Shown in pieces: positions 19,089-30,292 of a stretch of 64,000 bases of DNA. Source of the DNA: Bacteroidota bacterium. Lineage in GTDB: Bacteria; Bacteroidota; Rhodothermia; Rhodothermales; UBA10348. The DNA lies in the NCBI GenBank assembly GCA_022567305.1, contig JADFHF010000010.1, positions 15,830-79,829 of the forward strand, read 5' to 3'. Positions within the stretch are counted from its first letter, which is position 1. Each line of letters starts with the position of its first letter. The position numbers and the translations under genes are program-made. A model generated the notes under the pieces. The model searched no databases, was not told the origin of the DNA, and worked only from the letters and a program-made list of their open reading frames with translations.

Positions 19089-19916
19089 CTACTTCAAGTA
19101 GTATTTGGGCTCTTGTCCCTTCACATGGGCCACAATTTCCAAATGTGACATGATGGGGGACGCCTTGACCTTGGTCATGAGTACTTCCTCGACCTGAAAG
19201 AGTCCGGTTACATTGTCCATGTATACCGAGATGACTACGGGCTTCACTTGTCCCCGACTGATTTCCACTCTACGTACTGAATTGGCTGAATAGCGATGCA
19301 TGTCACCCACCATTGGATCGCGATCCATATTCAGGGGTACGCGTGACCGACCCCGAGTCATGTCGGTTCCGTCTGCGATGAGGACGACCCCAGCTTCTAT
19401 GGAGTGAATTCGCGTGTGCGCCATATGACCGACGATCACCTCATGCGCAAGAGACCTAACCACGGTTTGTTTGGCGAGATCATCGGGGTACAAGTTTCTT
19501 ACATACTTGGAAATCACGGAATCCATGAGATTGAGCGAATGCCACTCATGTTCATCGCGGGTAACCGACATTCCTACGTCATGTATAAAACATCCAAGCA
19601 ACGTCGCGACGGCTGAATCTTCAAAGGTGCCGATTTCTTCGCGTTCAAGAGACGTCTGAACACCCCCCTCCCGCAAGTAGTAGAGAATCTTGAGCGAATT
19701 GTACGTAGTGATGCGTGCGTGTACGGGGCCGTGGTCGTTATAACCCAGGCGACGGACGGATACCGCATTCGCGTAACTGTGAAAAAGATAGATTTCTTCG
19801 TCATTGAGAAGACCCGTTAAAAGGTCTTTGACTTTTCCCTCCGACTTATCGATTAAGGCTTGATCGAGCTGATCTTCCTTTGGAGTCACCAGTTTCCAAT
19901 CGGGATAGTGGGCCAT
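19089..19916 (-). CDS. HD-domain phosphohydrolase
   Basis: YNDHGPVH...IHDVG...VGH...IADGTD. The real start is likely the ATG at 19916; the upstream extension in the ORF track overlaps rpsA. Confidence 0.85.
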   Translation of the reverse strand: MAHYPDWKLVTPKEDQLDQALIDKSEGKVKDLLTGLLNDEEIYLFHSYANAVSVRRLGYNDHGPVHARITTYNSLKILYYLREGGVQTSLEREEIGTFEDSAVATLLGCFIHDVGMSVTRDEHEWHSLNLMDSVISKYVRNLYPDDLAKQTVVRSLAHEVIVGHMAHTRIHSIEAGVVLIADGTDMTRGRSRVPLNMDRDPMVGDMHRYSANSVRRVEISRGQVKPVVISVYMDNVTGLFQVEEVLMTKVKASPIMSHLEIVAHVKGQEPKYYLK

Positions 19917-19950
19917 TCCGTGATTCACATATAGAAATTTTATTGATGAG

Positions 19951-19985
19951 AAAGGGGACGGTACTTGCGTGCCGCCCCCTTTTTT
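19951..19985 (-). terminator. Intrinsic terminator after rpsA (possibly bidirectional)
   Basis: Minus strand AAAGGGGGCGGCAC-GCAA-GTACCGTCCCC-TTTCT with a GNRA loop; the plus strand ends in a T6 run. Confidence 0.7.
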
Positions 19986-20016
19986 GCCAGATACCTGACT
20001 GTGATTTATCCGCTCA

Positions 20017-22626
20017 TTACTCAGAGGCGTCGCTATCCGAATCCTTCTTCGCCTTAGCTTTTGACTTTGTTTCTTTCTTCGCAGCAGTCTTTGACTTTGC
20101 AGTTGAAGTTGCTTTCTTAGCCGTGGACTTCTTCGCAACTGTCTTTTTCGCTGTTGTGCTCTTCTTAGTTCGAGTTGCCCTTTTTGGTTTTTCCTCTTCG
20201 TCGGAGGGTTCTGTCTCCGCATCTTCGGATTCTTCAGCCATTTCTTCCTTGTTCTTCCTGCGTCCGCGAGATTTCGATTTCTCCTCTACTTCAAGTTCAG
20301 GTGCCGACTCTACTTCGAGTTCAGGTGCCGACTCTATTTCGAGTTCAGGTGCCGACTCTACTTCGAGTTCAGGTGCCGACTCAGCTTCAGTGACCGCTTC
20401 GGTATCTACTTCTGCTTCTGTCGCGGCTTCAACTTCGTTTGCAACCTCAGCGTTCTCCGTCGATGCCGTTGTCACCTTTGATGCCGACTCAACCTCCGCA
20501 GGCACTTCTACTTCTTCGGCCTCCATTTTCGCCTTTAAATCCGCAAGGCCACTGAGTTCTCCCAGCGTTGCAGAACCCGAAGCCGCTGCCTCCTTCCTCT
20601 TGTACTGAGAAGTCTCCTTTTTCTCTTGTGTCTTCTCCCTTTTTTCCTCGATTTTCACCGCTCTTTTTTCAGCCTGCTCCGCGCTACGCTCCGTGGCCTT
20701 CTCGCTGACTACGATTTCCTTTTGAGAAGCATTGAATCGAATAACGATAAGATTTTCGAGAGTCTGCCCTATCAGATAGGACTCGTCCACGTTTGAGGGA
20801 TGATTGAGTTCTTTGGTCGGCATAAAGGCCTCCACGTCGAGCGGAAGCTCTACAACCAATCCCCTTTCCTCAATTCTCGTGACCGTTGCGGTCGTTGTCT
20901 CGCCTTCGGCATACAATTCTTCAAACTGGCTCCACGGATTCGTGTCCACCTGTTTGTGACCGAGTGAAATTCTTCGATCGCTCGTATCGATATTCAGGAC
21001 GACGACATCCAGCTCCTCTCCCTTCTTGACCATTTCACCCGGGTGTCGCACTCGTTTTGTCCAGCTGAGGTCACTGATATGGACCAATCCATCGATTCCG
21101 GGCTCAATCTCGACGAAAACGCCAAAGTTGGTGATATTTCGAATCGTTCCCTTCATGACGGTTCCGGGAGGATATCGCTCGGCGATATTCTCCCATGGAT
21201 CGGGCTCAAGCTGCTTCATTCCAAGGGAAATCTTCTTCCCTTCCGTATCAATGTTGAGAATTTTCACCGAAACGATTTGGCCTAGTGACACCATCTGACT
21301 GGGGTGACGAATATGCTCCGTCCAGCTCATTTCGGAGATATGCACGAGGCCTTCGATTCCCTTTTCGAGTTCGATAAACGCGCCGTAATCGGTAATCGAA
21401 ACGACCTTTCCTTCGACCGTGTCATCGGGACTGAACTTGACCGTGATTTCGTCCCACGGATGCGGCTGAAGTTGCTTGAGTCCAAGCGAGATACGCTGTC
21501 TTTCGCGATCGTAATCGAGAACGACGACATTCAATTTTTCATCCAGACTGACTAACTCAGAAGGATGCGAAACCCGACCCCATGAAAGGTCCGTGATGTG
21601 AAGAAGTCCGTCGACGCCACCCAGATCGATGAAGACCCCGAAGTCAGTGATGTTCTTGACGGCACCTTCCAATATTTGACCCGGTTCCATGGCTGAAAGA
21701 ATACTCTCTCTCTGCTCTTGCAGATCTTTTTCAATCAGCGCCTTGTGTGAGACGACGATGTTTTCGTTGACGGGATTGAGCTTGACAATTTTAAACTCCA
21801 TCCGTTTTTCGAGATAGGCATCGAAATCGCGAACCGGTCGGACGTCGATTTGCGAGCCGGGAAGGAAGGCTTCCATCCCTTCGAAAAGCTCGACGATCAT
21901 ACCGCCCTTGATCCGACGAACAATCACTCCTTCAATAATTTCTTCGTTCTCGTAGGCTTCTTCTACGCGGTTCCAACGACGTAAAGTGTCCGCCTTGGTT
22001 TTTGAGAGAACAAGCTGTCCATGGTAATCCTCAATCCTTTCGAGAAAAACCTCGACTTCATCGCCCTCTGAGATTTCTTCGTCGAATTCATTTCTGGAAA
22101 CGATGCCATCGCTTTTAAATCCAATGTCAATGATGACATCCTTTTCGGCGATGCTGACAATTTTACCCTTAACAATCTCATGCTCAGCAACATGAACAAG
22201 GGTGGTCTCGATCATTTCCCTCAGTTCGTCGCTTCCAAGCTTATACAATTCGGGTTCTATTCCCGTATCGAGATCTTCAAGCTTGATCACGTCACCCAGA
22301 ATCTGTCCCGTATAGCCGATCATTCCCTGGACAGGCGCTATTACGGACTTCTCATCCTCGTCTTGATCGGATTCGGGTTCTGAATCGTCGGGCTGTGATT
22401 CGGGATCTTCGCTTGCCACAACTGGTTGAGGCTCTTCCTGAACGGTTGCCTCGGTAGCGGAATCGGGTGATGGGCTTTCAGTCTCGGGCTCGATCGGTAT
22501 CGGATCTATTTGATCTTCCGATGTGGCCTCTTCTTTCGTTTTTTCTGTAGATTCAGGCGGGTCTTCTACGGCGATATCTTCAGTCGATAATGTGTCTTCG
22601 GTTGTTTTTTGCTGATTTTCAGCCAT
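20017..22626 (-). CDS. rpsA: 30S ribosomal protein S1 with long N- and C-terminal low-complexity extensions
   Basis: Six S1 repeats (DIGFKSDG, AFLPGSQID, GGVDGLLHITDLSW, GIEGLVHISEMSW, GIDGLVHISDLSW); downstream of cmk; the ATG at 22626 is preferred. Confidence 0.96.
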   Translation of the reverse strand: MAENQQKTTEDTLSTEDIAVEDPPESTEKTKEEATSEDQIDPIPIEPETESPSPDSATEATVQEEPQPVVASEDPESQPDDSEPESDQDEDEKSVIAPVQGMIGYTGQILGDVIKLEDLDTGIEPELYKLGSDELREMIETTLVHVAEHEIVKGKIVSIAEKDVIIDIGFKSDGIVSRNEFDEEISEGDEVEVFLERIEDYHGQLVLSKTKADTLRRWNRVEEAYENEEIIEGVIVRRIKGGMIVELFEGMEAFLPGSQIDVRPVRDFDAYLEKRMEFKIVKLNPVNENIVVSHKALIEKDLQEQRESILSAMEPGQILEGAVKNITDFGVFIDLGGVDGLLHITDLSWGRVSHPSELVSLDEKLNVVVLDYDRERQRISLGLKQLQPHPWDEITVKFSPDDTVEGKVVSITDYGAFIELEKGIEGLVHISEMSWTEHIRHPSQMVSLGQIVSVKILNIDTEGKKISLGMKQLEPDPWENIAERYPPGTVMKGTIRNITNFGVFVEIEPGIDGLVHISDLSWTKRVRHPGEMVKKGEELDVVVLNIDTSDRRISLGHKQVDTNPWSQFEELYAEGETTTATVTRIEERGLVVELPLDVEAFMPTKELNHPSNVDESYLIGQTLENLIVIRFNASQKEIVVSEKATERSAEQAEKRAVKIEEKREKTQEKKETSQYKRKEAAASGSATLGELSGLADLKAKMEAEEVEVPAEVESASKVTTASTENAEVANEVEAATEAEVDTEAVTEAESAPELEVESAPELEIESAPELEVESAPELEVEEKSKSRGRRKNKEEMAEESEDAETEPSDEEEKPKRATRTKKSTTAKKTVAKKSTAKKATSTAKSKTAAKKETKSKAKAKKDSDSDASE
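20284..20382 (-). repeat. 4 x 24-bp tandem repeat in rpsA (SAPELE(V/I)E)
   Basis: Unit ctctacttc(a/g)agttcaggtgccga is repeated four times with 1-2 substitutions. Confidence 0.93.
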
Positions 22627-22790
22627 GATCAAAGATACGAATCTCGATTCGCCGCGCCAGGGCACAGTAAGAAGAATCGAACGGATCCGCGGTTTAAAGT
22701 GAATAAAAACCTCTGACAAATCTTCTCCAAATGGCAGAGGAATTGGGCCACACCGAAGTCAGGCGATCCTAAAAATGGCGTAGACTGCCT

Positions 22791-23477
22791 TCAAACAGCT
22801 CTTCTATCCATACGTTCCCGAACAATCGATTCGATCATTTCAATCTGCTCATTGAGGGAAAGATGCGTAGTATCAATCAATATCGCATCGTCCGCTTTCT
22901 TGAGAGGCGAAATGGTTCGAGTCCGATCTCGTTCATCTCTTTCAACGAGAGCATTTTCGATGGCTTTCTGATCGACTTCATGACCTCCTGATTCGAAATC
23001 GACCCATCGTCGACGGGCTCGAACTCCTGGTGATGCATCAAGAAATATCTTAACGTCTGCCGAAGGAAAGACGACCGTTCCGATATCTCTCCCTTCTACA
23101 ATTACACCTTTCCCCTCCTCCTCCCGACTGGCCGCAATTCTTTGCTGTTCCTGTACCATACGGGCCCGAACGTCTGGAAGAACGCTCACCCTGGAAGACA
23201 TATCGGTAACCTCCGGCGTTCGTATTTCTTTTGATACGTCGACGCCATTCAAGGAGATCTTCATTCCGTCTGCCGAATGGCTAAGGTCCAACGAGAATTT
23301 TTCCCACACCAAAGGGACATTCTCTTCCGAAGCATCGACTTGGAGTTGCAGAAACCGGAGGGCCACCGCCCGGTACATCGCACCAGTGTCCAGATAAATC
23401 AAGCCGGTACGATCTGCCAAGGCTCTGGCGGTAGAACTTTTGCCGGACCCCGCTGGTCCATCAATCGCGACGATCAT
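22791..23477 (-). CDS. cmk: Cytidylate kinase
   Basis: IAIDGPAGSGKSS-type P-loop, YLDTGAMYRA, EGRDIGTVVFP; upstream of rpsA. Confidence 0.97.
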   Translation of the reverse strand: MIVAIDGPAGSGKSSTARALADRTGLIYLDTGAMYRAVALRFLQLQVDASEENVPLVWEKFSLDLSHSADGMKISLNGVDVSKEIRTPEVTDMSSRVSVLPDVRARMVQEQQRIAASREEEGKGVIVEGRDIGTVVFPSADVKIFLDASPGVRARRRWVDFESGGHEVDQKAIENALVERDERDRTRTISPLKKADDAILIDTTHLSLNEQIEMIESIVRERMDRRAV

Positions 23478-23579
23478 AGAACGGTCTAAGACTGTACGGT
23501 GTAATCCTGTCCACGAGAATCGAGTGCGTAAGAAGACGGCGGCACTTGCATTTAATCAATATATCCTTGTTGTCTTTGA

Positions 23580-24134
23580 ATGCGAAAACTCAAACATGAA
23601 GAAATCAAGCGCTGTTCTCTCGATGAGCTGGCTCTGAAAGATCGATACCCGTTCTCCGTTTTACTTGAGAATATTCGATCTGCGCAAAATGTAGGGTCGA
23701 TACTTCGAACGGCCGATGCCGTGCGTGCAGCCAGAGTGACCATGGCCGGTGTTACTCCGGATGGTGAGCATAAAGGCGTGCATAAATCAGCGCTGGGTGC
23801 GCAAGATGCGGTGCCATGGGAGACTAGCCCATCTGCTTTATCGGCAGTCGAGAGTGCTAGGGAAAACGGAATCACGATTATTGCACTTGAAATCACGGAC
23901 CAACCAACGCGGTTAGCCGAGATATCGGAGGATATTTTCCCCGCCTTGCTGATGGTAGGAAACGAGCTCTCCGGACTTTCCGCTGAACTCCTCGAACTGG
24001 CTGACTTTGCTCTCGAGATTCCGCAGTACGGCTTCAAGCAATCCCTAAACGTCTCGGTTGCTACGGGTATCGCTCTTTACGGTCTACTGGATCTATACCT
24101 AGCGAACCGTTGTGCCAAGCAGATAAATCATTAA
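23580..24134 (+). CDS. TrmH/SpoU-family RNA methyltransferase
   Basis: LENIRSAQNVGSILRTADA, VGNELSG, EIPQYGFKQSLNVSVA SPOUT motifs. Confidence 0.93.
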   Translation: MRKLKHEEIKRCSLDELALKDRYPFSVLLENIRSAQNVGSILRTADAVRAARVTMAGVTPDGEHKGVHKSALGAQDAVPWETSPSALSAVESARENGITIIALEITDQPTRLAEISEDIFPALLMVGNELSGLSAELLELADFALEIPQYGFKQSLNVSVATGIALYGLLDLYLANRCAKQINH

Positions 24135-24187
24135 AAAGTGGATTCGCCGTATTATAGCAACCCACCATCGATTGGTCCTCCAGCATC

Positions 24188-25417
24188 ATGAATTTCATGG
24201 AAAAGGGAAGCTTATTTTTTCAAGGTTTTCATTCTCCTCCTACCGAAGATTGGCTATCCGTGATCGAGAAAGAACTGGGGGATACGTTAGAGCTAGGCTC
24301 ACTCAATTCCGTTATCGATGCGGGTCTCGTTCTTAAACCTTTCTATCGTCAGGAAGATATCGCTCTCGCTTATCGAGACGCATCCACCAGAAAGGACGAC
24401 TGGCTTATCGCTGATCGGATTGACATTGGAGATTCACCCGACGGCCTCGAATTTCTCGAGGACATTGAGTTAATCGAACTTTGTGGTATTTCGGCGGGGT
24501 CACTTTCGAAGACACTCCCGCATGCCGTCGCCGCGAACGTGCCCGTATTTATCAGTGGCGGAGCAGAGCTGATGGGCCTTTCTGAATCGAATCTTGAGGA
24601 TTTGCCTGGATCCGTCTCGGTACTCATCGATCCGTTTAACGAAACCCTGAAAGAGACCGAGAGGGCGGAGATTTATGACTGGGCATATCAGGTTCTCCAG
24701 CAGAACACCGTGAATAAGTCACCACTTGCGATCGGCTCAGTGAACTCGAATTCTGCCATACAAAACGGAGCCGGGATCAGCACGTCGATCGCGGTGCTTC
24801 TAGCAGGCGTGAGTGAGTGGTGTCTGGAGCTGGGAAGCAGAGGACTCGAATGCGAACCCGTCGCGAGTCAGCTTACCGTCCAGCAGTCAATTGGCAACCA
24901 ATTCTATACGGAAATCGCGGGATTAAGAGCGCTTCGGATATTACTTCCGCAAGTCGTTGATGCGTATGCGGATTCAAGCTCATCAGATACCTGTCCACAC
25001 ATTCACGTGACGGTTCAGAGCCAACTGGCTCGTACGTCCGACCCGTATCAGGCATTCATACCCGGGACAACGGGTGCAATCGCAGCCGTATTCGGTGAGC
25101 CAGACTCAATTTGTATTTTATCGCCGCCGTTACCCTTGGAGAGCGGCGGGAGCATGGAATCACGAAGGCTCGCAAGAAATATTCTCCTGTTGTTGCGCCA
25201 TGAAGCCTATTTGTCAAGCGTTCGAGACCCGCTGTCGGGTTCCTATTACATTGAGAAGCTGACCGATCTGCTGGCCGAACGCGCCTGGGAATTATTTGTA
25301 CAAATCGAAGAACGGGGCGGACTTTCGTCTGCGCTTAAAAACAACCTGATTGCGACCTGGATCAAGACCGACCGAGCAGCGTCGGCATCGCGAAATACGG
25401 GTCCAGCCCGGACATAG
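24188..25417 (+). CDS. Methylmalonyl-CoA mutase small (non-catalytic) subunit, diverged
   Basis: LKPFY near the N-terminus, [43 protein letters not shown]...IEERGG; directly upstream of the large subunit. Confidence 0.85.
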   Translation: MNFMEKGSLFFQGFHSPPTEDWLSVIEKELGDTLELGSLNSVIDAGLVLKPFYRQEDIALAYRDASTRKDDWLIADRIDIGDSPDGLEFLEDIELIELCGISAGSLSKTLPHAVAANVPVFISGGAELMGLSESNLEDLPGSVSVLIDPFNETLKETERAEIYDWAYQVLQQNTVNKSPLAIGSVNSNSAIQNGAGISTSIAVLLAGVSEWCLELGSRGLECEPVASQLTVQQSIGNQFYTEIAGLRALRILLPQVVDAYADSSSSDTCPHIHVTVQSQLARTSDPYQAFIPGTTGAIAAVFGEPDSICILSPPLPLESGGSMESRRLARNILLLLRHEAYLSSVRDPLSGSYYIEKLTDLLAERAWELFVQIEERGGLSSALKNNLIATWIKTDRAASASRNTGPART

Positions 25418-25439
25418 CGTTAATAGACAGGGTATAGAC

Positions 25440-27575
25440 ATGAATCGGCCCTCGTTTCCATCTAAACCATCGCTTGAGCGAATTCGGGAGTCAAACCGGG
25501 ACACATGGACGACCGCCGAGTCGTTTTCTCTTATGCGAGCCTACTCGCCGAGGGCTGTGGAGAAGCTGGAGCACGTAGATTTCGCTGCTGGAATCCCTCC
25601 CTATTTGAGAGGTCCCTACGGGTCCATGTACGTCGTTCGACCATGGACCATCCGACAATACGCTGGTTTCTCAACAGCGGAAGAGTCCAATGTGTTTTAT
25701 CGAAAGAACTTGAGCGCGGGTCAGACCGGACTCTCCATCGCCTTCGATCTTCCCACGCATCGAGGGTATGACTCGGATCACCCAAGAGTGGCAGGAGACA
25801 TCGGTAAGGCCGGGGTTGCAATTGATTCAGTTGAGGATATGAAGATCCTGTTCGACCAAATCCCCCTCGACAAGATGTCCGTTTCCATGACCATGAACGG
25901 AGCCGTCCTTCCGATCATGGCCTTTTATATCGTGGCTGCTGAAGAGCAAGGAGTGTCGCGAGAGCACCTGAATGGAACCATTCAGAATGACGTGCTGAAG
26001 GAATTCATGGTTCGGAACACGTACATATATCCGCCGGACGCTTCCATGCGAATTGTGCGAGACGTTATTTCGTTCACTTCTAAAGAACTGCCTCAGTTCA
26101 ATTCCATTTCTGTGAGCGGATATCACATGTTGGAGGCGGGAGCCTCGGCCGAGCTCGAACTGGCTTATACACTTGCAGACGGACTGGCATATGTCCGGGC
26201 GGGATTAGAGGCCGGTCTTGATATTGATGCATTCGCACCCCGGATCTCGTTTTTCTTCGGGATCGGGATGAATCATTTTATGGAAATTGCTAAGCTGAGG
26301 GCGGCAAGAATGCTCTGGGCTGAATTGATCCGACCGTTCAATCCTCAGAATCCCAAGTCCATGGCGCTGCGGACGCATTGTCAGACTTCGGGGTGGAGCC
26401 TATCTGCCCAGGATCCTTTTAATAATATCGGACGGACTTGCCTTGAAGCACTGACAGCCGTTTTGGGGCATACCCAGTCGTTGCATACAAATGCTCTGGA
26501 TGAAGCGATTGCCCTTCCAACCGATTTTTCAGCTAGAATAGCGCGCGAAACACAACTTCACCTTCGTGATCACACAGGAATACCGAAGGCAGTCGATCCA
26601 TGGGCAGGATCCTATTATCTTGAAACTCTCACGGATCTGCTGGCGGGAAAGGCACGGACCCTGATCGAAGAAGTGGAGGAACGTGGAGGAATGGCACGCG
26701 CAATCGAGGACGGGCTGCCTAAAATGCGAATTGAGGAGGCGGCAACCAGGCGACAAGCAAGAATTGACTCAGGAAGAGATGTACTCGTGGGTATCAATCG
26801 ATACAGGCGGAGCGGCGAACCGGAGCTCCAGATTCGAAAAGTAGACGACAGATTGGTTCGCGACGCACAGATTGAGCGTCTCCGTGCGGTCAAAGCGGCG
26901 CGCGATGTGAGTGCCGTTACGGAGAGTTTGAGTCAACTTGAGCAGGCCGCCTCCGGTAATGGTTCCAATCTTCTTGAAGCGTCTATCCGTGCCGCCCAAG
27001 ACCGGGCGACGCTTGGTGAAATCTCATCCGCGCTCGAAAAAGTATTCGGTCGTTATACCGCCAGTATCCGTACTTTTACGGGCGTTTATGCTTCCGAATC
27101 CGGTGATACTGAAAGAATGGGAAGAGTGCAACAATTGTCGGATGAGTTCCTTCGACTTGAGGGAAGACGTCCGCGAATTCTGGTTACGAAACTTGGACAA
27201 GATGGACACGATCGCGGCGCCAAGGTCATTGCGACTTCATTTGCCGACCTGGGATTCGATGTTGATATCGGACCACTTTTTCAGTCTCCGTCGGAGGCAG
27301 CAAAGCAGGCGATAGAAAACGACGTGCATATTCTGGGCGTTTCGAGTCTCGCAGGTGCACATGGCACACTCATTCCTGAAGTAATCAAGGAGTTGGATGG
27401 TTTCGGCCGTGGTGACATTATGGTCGTGGCTGGCGGAGTTATCCCGCGCTCTGACTATAAAGAACTTGAGGCCGCTGGTGTGGCGGCGATTTTCGGACCC
27501 GGCACGCAAATCCCGGAAGCCGCCAAAAGTTTGTTGACCATGATGCTTTCTAGAATCTCAGGCGAAACTGAATGA
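25440..27575 (+). CDS. scpA: Methylmalonyl-CoA mutase large subunit (AdoCbl-dependent)
   Basis: [43 protein letters not shown], and the B12 motif GQDGHDRG; ATG at 25440. Confidence 0.97.
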   Translation: MNRPSFPSKPSLERIRESNRDTWTTAESFSLMRAYSPRAVEKLEHVDFAAGIPPYLRGPYGSMYVVRPWTIRQYAGFSTAEESNVFYRKNLSAGQTGLSIAFDLPTHRGYDSDHPRVAGDIGKAGVAIDSVEDMKILFDQIPLDKMSVSMTMNGAVLPIMAFYIVAAEEQGVSREHLNGTIQNDVLKEFMVRNTYIYPPDASMRIVRDVISFTSKELPQFNSISVSGYHMLEAGASAELELAYTLADGLAYVRAGLEAGLDIDAFAPRISFFFGIGMNHFMEIAKLRAARMLWAELIRPFNPQNPKSMALRTHCQTSGWSLSAQDPFNNIGRTCLEALTAVLGHTQSLHTNALDEAIALPTDFSARIARETQLHLRDHTGIPKAVDPWAGSYYLETLTDLLAGKARTLIEEVEERGGMARAIEDGLPKMRIEEAATRRQARIDSGRDVLVGINRYRRSGEPELQIRKVDDRLVRDAQIERLRAVKAARDVSAVTESLSQLEQAASGNGSNLLEASIRAAQDRATLGEISSALEKVFGRYTASIRTFTGVYASESGDTERMGRVQQLSDEFLRLEGRRPRILVTKLGQDGHDRGAKVIATSFADLGFDVDIGPLFQSPSEAAKQAIENDVHILGVSSLAGAHGTLIPEVIKELDGFGRGDIMVVAGGVIPRSDYKELEAAGVAAIFGPGTQIPEAAKSLLTMMLSRISGETE

Positions 27576-27633
27576 GTCGTCACTTTTATTCGATTCGGAC
27601 CGATTGGATTGAAGCGTCAGACATTCTGACTGA

Positions 27634-28626
27634 ATGTTGATGAACGTACCTGCCGAGCTGTTTGAAAAACTCCTGGAGGGTGACCGAGTCGCTCTTGCTC
27701 GCTCAATCACGTTGGTTGAAAGCAAACGGCCCGAGGATTACTTGGCCAAGCAGGAGCTAATCGAGCTGTGCAGCGGCAAGAAAACATCGTCGGTCCGGAT
27801 CGGAATATCCGGACTTCCCGGCGCAGGCAAAAGCACGTTTATCGAGCAACTCGGCCTGTATCTGGTCCGTTCGGGATTGCGCGTGGCTGTCCTGGCTGTC
27901 GACCCCTCCAGCGAACGCACTGGAGGGAGCATTTTGGGTGACAAAACGAGGATGGAAGTGCTTGCCACGGAGGAAAACGCATACATACGCCCCTCCCCTA
28001 ATTCCGGAATTCTGGGCGGCGTGGCGGAGATGACAAGAGAAGCAATTATTGTTTGCGAAGCGGCGGGATACGACGTCGTTTTGGTTGAGACGGTGGGAGT
28101 CGGTCAGTCGGAATTTGGTGTTCATAGCATGACCGATTTCTTTCTTATCCTCACAATTTCGGGTGCGGGAGACGTTCTTCAGGGTATCAAACGCGGTATC
28201 ATGGAAATGACAGATGCGGTAGTCGTCAACAAGGCAGACGGCGATCGTATTGACGCAGCGCGGATAGCGGCTTCTGACATCAAAAGTGCGCTTCGTCTTT
28301 CGACCGGAGGCTCTGTGACGCCAAAGATTCCTGTGATGACCCTATCGTCTCTTTCACAGGACGGGTTCGACGACGTTTGGAAGATGATTCAGGAGCACGT
28401 TGAACTCGCCCGAACGACGGGTGCGTTCGATGTAAGACGGTCGAATCAGATGAATTCATGGTTCGAGAATGCCGTCCAATTCCTGCTTCGTTCCAGGCTC
28501 GAAAACGACGAGAAGCTGACGGAACTAAGAGACCGGCTGCTTGAGGATATCGAAATGGGGCGCGTGCATCCCATAGCCGGTGCCAACTCATACGTTGATG
28601 CTCTTACTGGCGAAGCTTCCGACTAA
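27634..28626 (+). CDS. meaB: Methylmalonyl-CoA mutase-associated GTPase
   Basis: GLPGAGKST, LAVDPSS, GGSILGDKTRM, VETVGVGQSE, VNKAD. Confidence 0.96.
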   Translation: MLMNVPAELFEKLLEGDRVALARSITLVESKRPEDYLAKQELIELCSGKKTSSVRIGISGLPGAGKSTFIEQLGLYLVRSGLRVAVLAVDPSSERTGGSILGDKTRMEVLATEENAYIRPSPNSGILGGVAEMTREAIIVCEAAGYDVVLVETVGVGQSEFGVHSMTDFFLILTISGAGDVLQGIKRGIMEMTDAVVVNKADGDRIDAARIAASDIKSALRLSTGGSVTPKIPVMTLSSLSQDGFDDVWKMIQEHVELARTTGAFDVRRSNQMNSWFENAVQFLLRSRLENDEKLTELRDRLLEDIEMGRVHPIAGANSYVDALTGEASD

Positions 28627-30098
28627 CCGAGGATCTCTGCGGCCGCGCGCAACCGGCGGATGGTCGTCTCTTTGCCGAGCACTTCGAGCAGGTCGAAGAG
28701 TCCCGGTCCGAATCCTACACCACTGGTTGCCAGTCTCACGGAATGGATAATTCTCCCGGCTCCAGCTTCTCGCTCTTCAGCGAGCTCGCGAAGCGCGATT
28801 TCGATCGTGGTTGCATCGAACGGTTCTAGTGGGTCGAGCTTCTCCGAAAACAACAATATGAGATCTGACGAGTCCTCCTTCCACCTCTTCTTTTTCGTCT
28901 TGTCGTCGTAGGACGTCGGGTCCTGGAAAAAATACATCGCTTCTACGAGGTCCGATGGGATGCTGATTCTCTCCTTCATGACTTCAACCACTCGTTCGAG
29001 GTACTCATCGGACGGCTCGATTCCGGATTCCGCTAAGAGCGGTTTGACATCCGTTGCAATACTCTGGGCTGACCGCTGCCTCAGATACTGCTCGTTATAC
29101 CACTGCAGTTTATTCAGATCGAATTGCACACCCGACTGACCCACACGCTCAAGTGAGAAAGTTTCTATCAGACCTTCCATGGAGAAAAGCTCTCTCTCGT
29201 CTCCGGGGTTCCACCCTAACAGCGCCAGAAAATTTATGAGGGCTCCGCTTTCGTATCCAGCGGAGCGGTACTCGTTCACAAAAACTGGAATTCCTGCTCT
29301 CTCAGAGCTTCTTTTTGACAACTTCCCTCCTGTGGGACTCAGAATAAGTGGAAGGTGGGCCAGTTTTGGCGGATCCCATCCGAGCGCTTCATACAATAGA
29401 ATATGTTTGGGTGTCGATGGGAGCCATTCTTCCCCTCGAATGACGTGTGACACCCCCATCATATGGTCGTCCACAATATTAGCGAGGTGATACGTCGGAT
29501 GACCGTCTGACTTCATCAATATCTGGTCGTCCACGTTCTCCGTTGCAAACGCTATATCGCCACGTATCAGGTCGGTAAACGAAACGGTCTCGCCCGGAGT
29601 CACGTTTAACCGGATGACATGAGGGTGGGCCGATGCCAGACGAGAAGACACGTCCTCTTCGCTTAGAGAAAACGAGTTCTGCATATGTTCGCGGGTGGAG
29701 CTCCCGTACCTCGGATTCGGATTCTCCTCGGTTGCAAAGCGCTCTCTCATCCCTGCTAACTCCTCTTCGGTGTCGAACGCGATATAGGCGTGCCCACTTT
29801 CTACAAGCTTTTCTGCGATCTCGCTGTAGATATCTGATCTCTCAGACTGGCGATACGGGCCAACCCCTCCATCTCGCCCCGGGCCCTCATCGTATTCGAT
29901 ACCGGCCCATTGTAGCGATGCAATGATATCCTCTTCCGCATCGTCCACAAATCTCTTTTGATCTGTGTCCTCAATTCGCAGGATCACCGTGCCATCGTGC
30001 TTCCTGGCAAACAGATAGTTGTACAATGCCGTTCGCAACCCTCCAATATGGAGATAGCCGGTCGGGCTGGGAGCGAAACGGACGCGAACTGGGTTCAA
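28623..30098 (-). CDS. gltX: Glutamate--tRNA ligase
   Basis: RFAPSPTGYLHIGG (HIGH), LRIEDTD, HVIRGEEW, KLSKR. Confidence 0.98.
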   Translation of the reverse strand: MNPVRVRFAPSPTGYLHIGGLRTALYNYLFARKHDGTVILRIEDTDQKRFVDDAEEDIIASLQWAGIEYDEGPGRDGGVGPYRQSERSDIYSEIAEKLVESGHAYIAFDTEEELAGMRERFATEENPNPRYGSSTREHMQNSFSLSEEDVSSRLASAHPHVIRLNVTPGETVSFTDLIRGDIAFATENVDDQILMKSDGHPTYHLANIVDDHMMGVSHVIRGEEWLPSTPKHILLYEALGWDPPKLAHLPLILSPTGGKLSKRSSERAGIPVFVNEYRSAGYESGALINFLALLGWNPGDERELFSMEGLIETFSLERVGQSGVQFDLNKLQWYNEQYLRQRSAQSIATDVKPLLAESGIEPSDEYLERVVEVMKERISIPSDLVEAMYFFQDPTSYDDKTKKKRWKEDSSDLILLFSEKLDPLEPFDATTIEIALRELAEEREAGAGRIIHSVRLATSGVGFGPGLFDLLEVLGKETTIRRLRAAAEILG

Positions 30099-30236
30099 TG
30101 GACAACCGGAGCTAGTTGGAGTCGAAATCAGTCAGGCAAATTAATTCAAGATTTTTAAATCTGTCCTACTCGACTCCATTTTGGCGTGAATGAGTTGATA
30201 ATAATGAAGAAGGGCTTTCGGAAACGGGATAGTAAT

Positions 30237-30264
30237 AAAGGGGACTCAAAATGAGCTCTCCTTT
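30237..30264 (-). terminator. Hairpin / possible terminator after the anti-sigma gene
   Basis: aaagggga-ctca-aaa-tgag-c-tctccttt inverted repeat about 30 nt after the stop; short U-tract. Confidence 0.5.
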
Positions 30265-30292
30265 AAAGGTGACGGCCCCGTTTCTTATCTAC

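Noticed and set aside
20284-20382. Direct repeats considered as a CRISPR array (also 5975-6358)
   Set aside because: The units are contiguous with no unique spacers, lie in frame within essential genes, and there are no cas genes.
19880-20608. 242-aa plus-strand ORF and the Arg-rich N-terminal extension of the HD ORF
   Set aside because: Antisense and alternative frames of the low-complexity rpsA tail; the HD gene more plausibly starts at 19916.
24188-25417. Degenerate mutase copy as a pseudogene
   Set aside because: The frame is intact and sits in the position of the non-catalytic small subunit, which is normally diverged.
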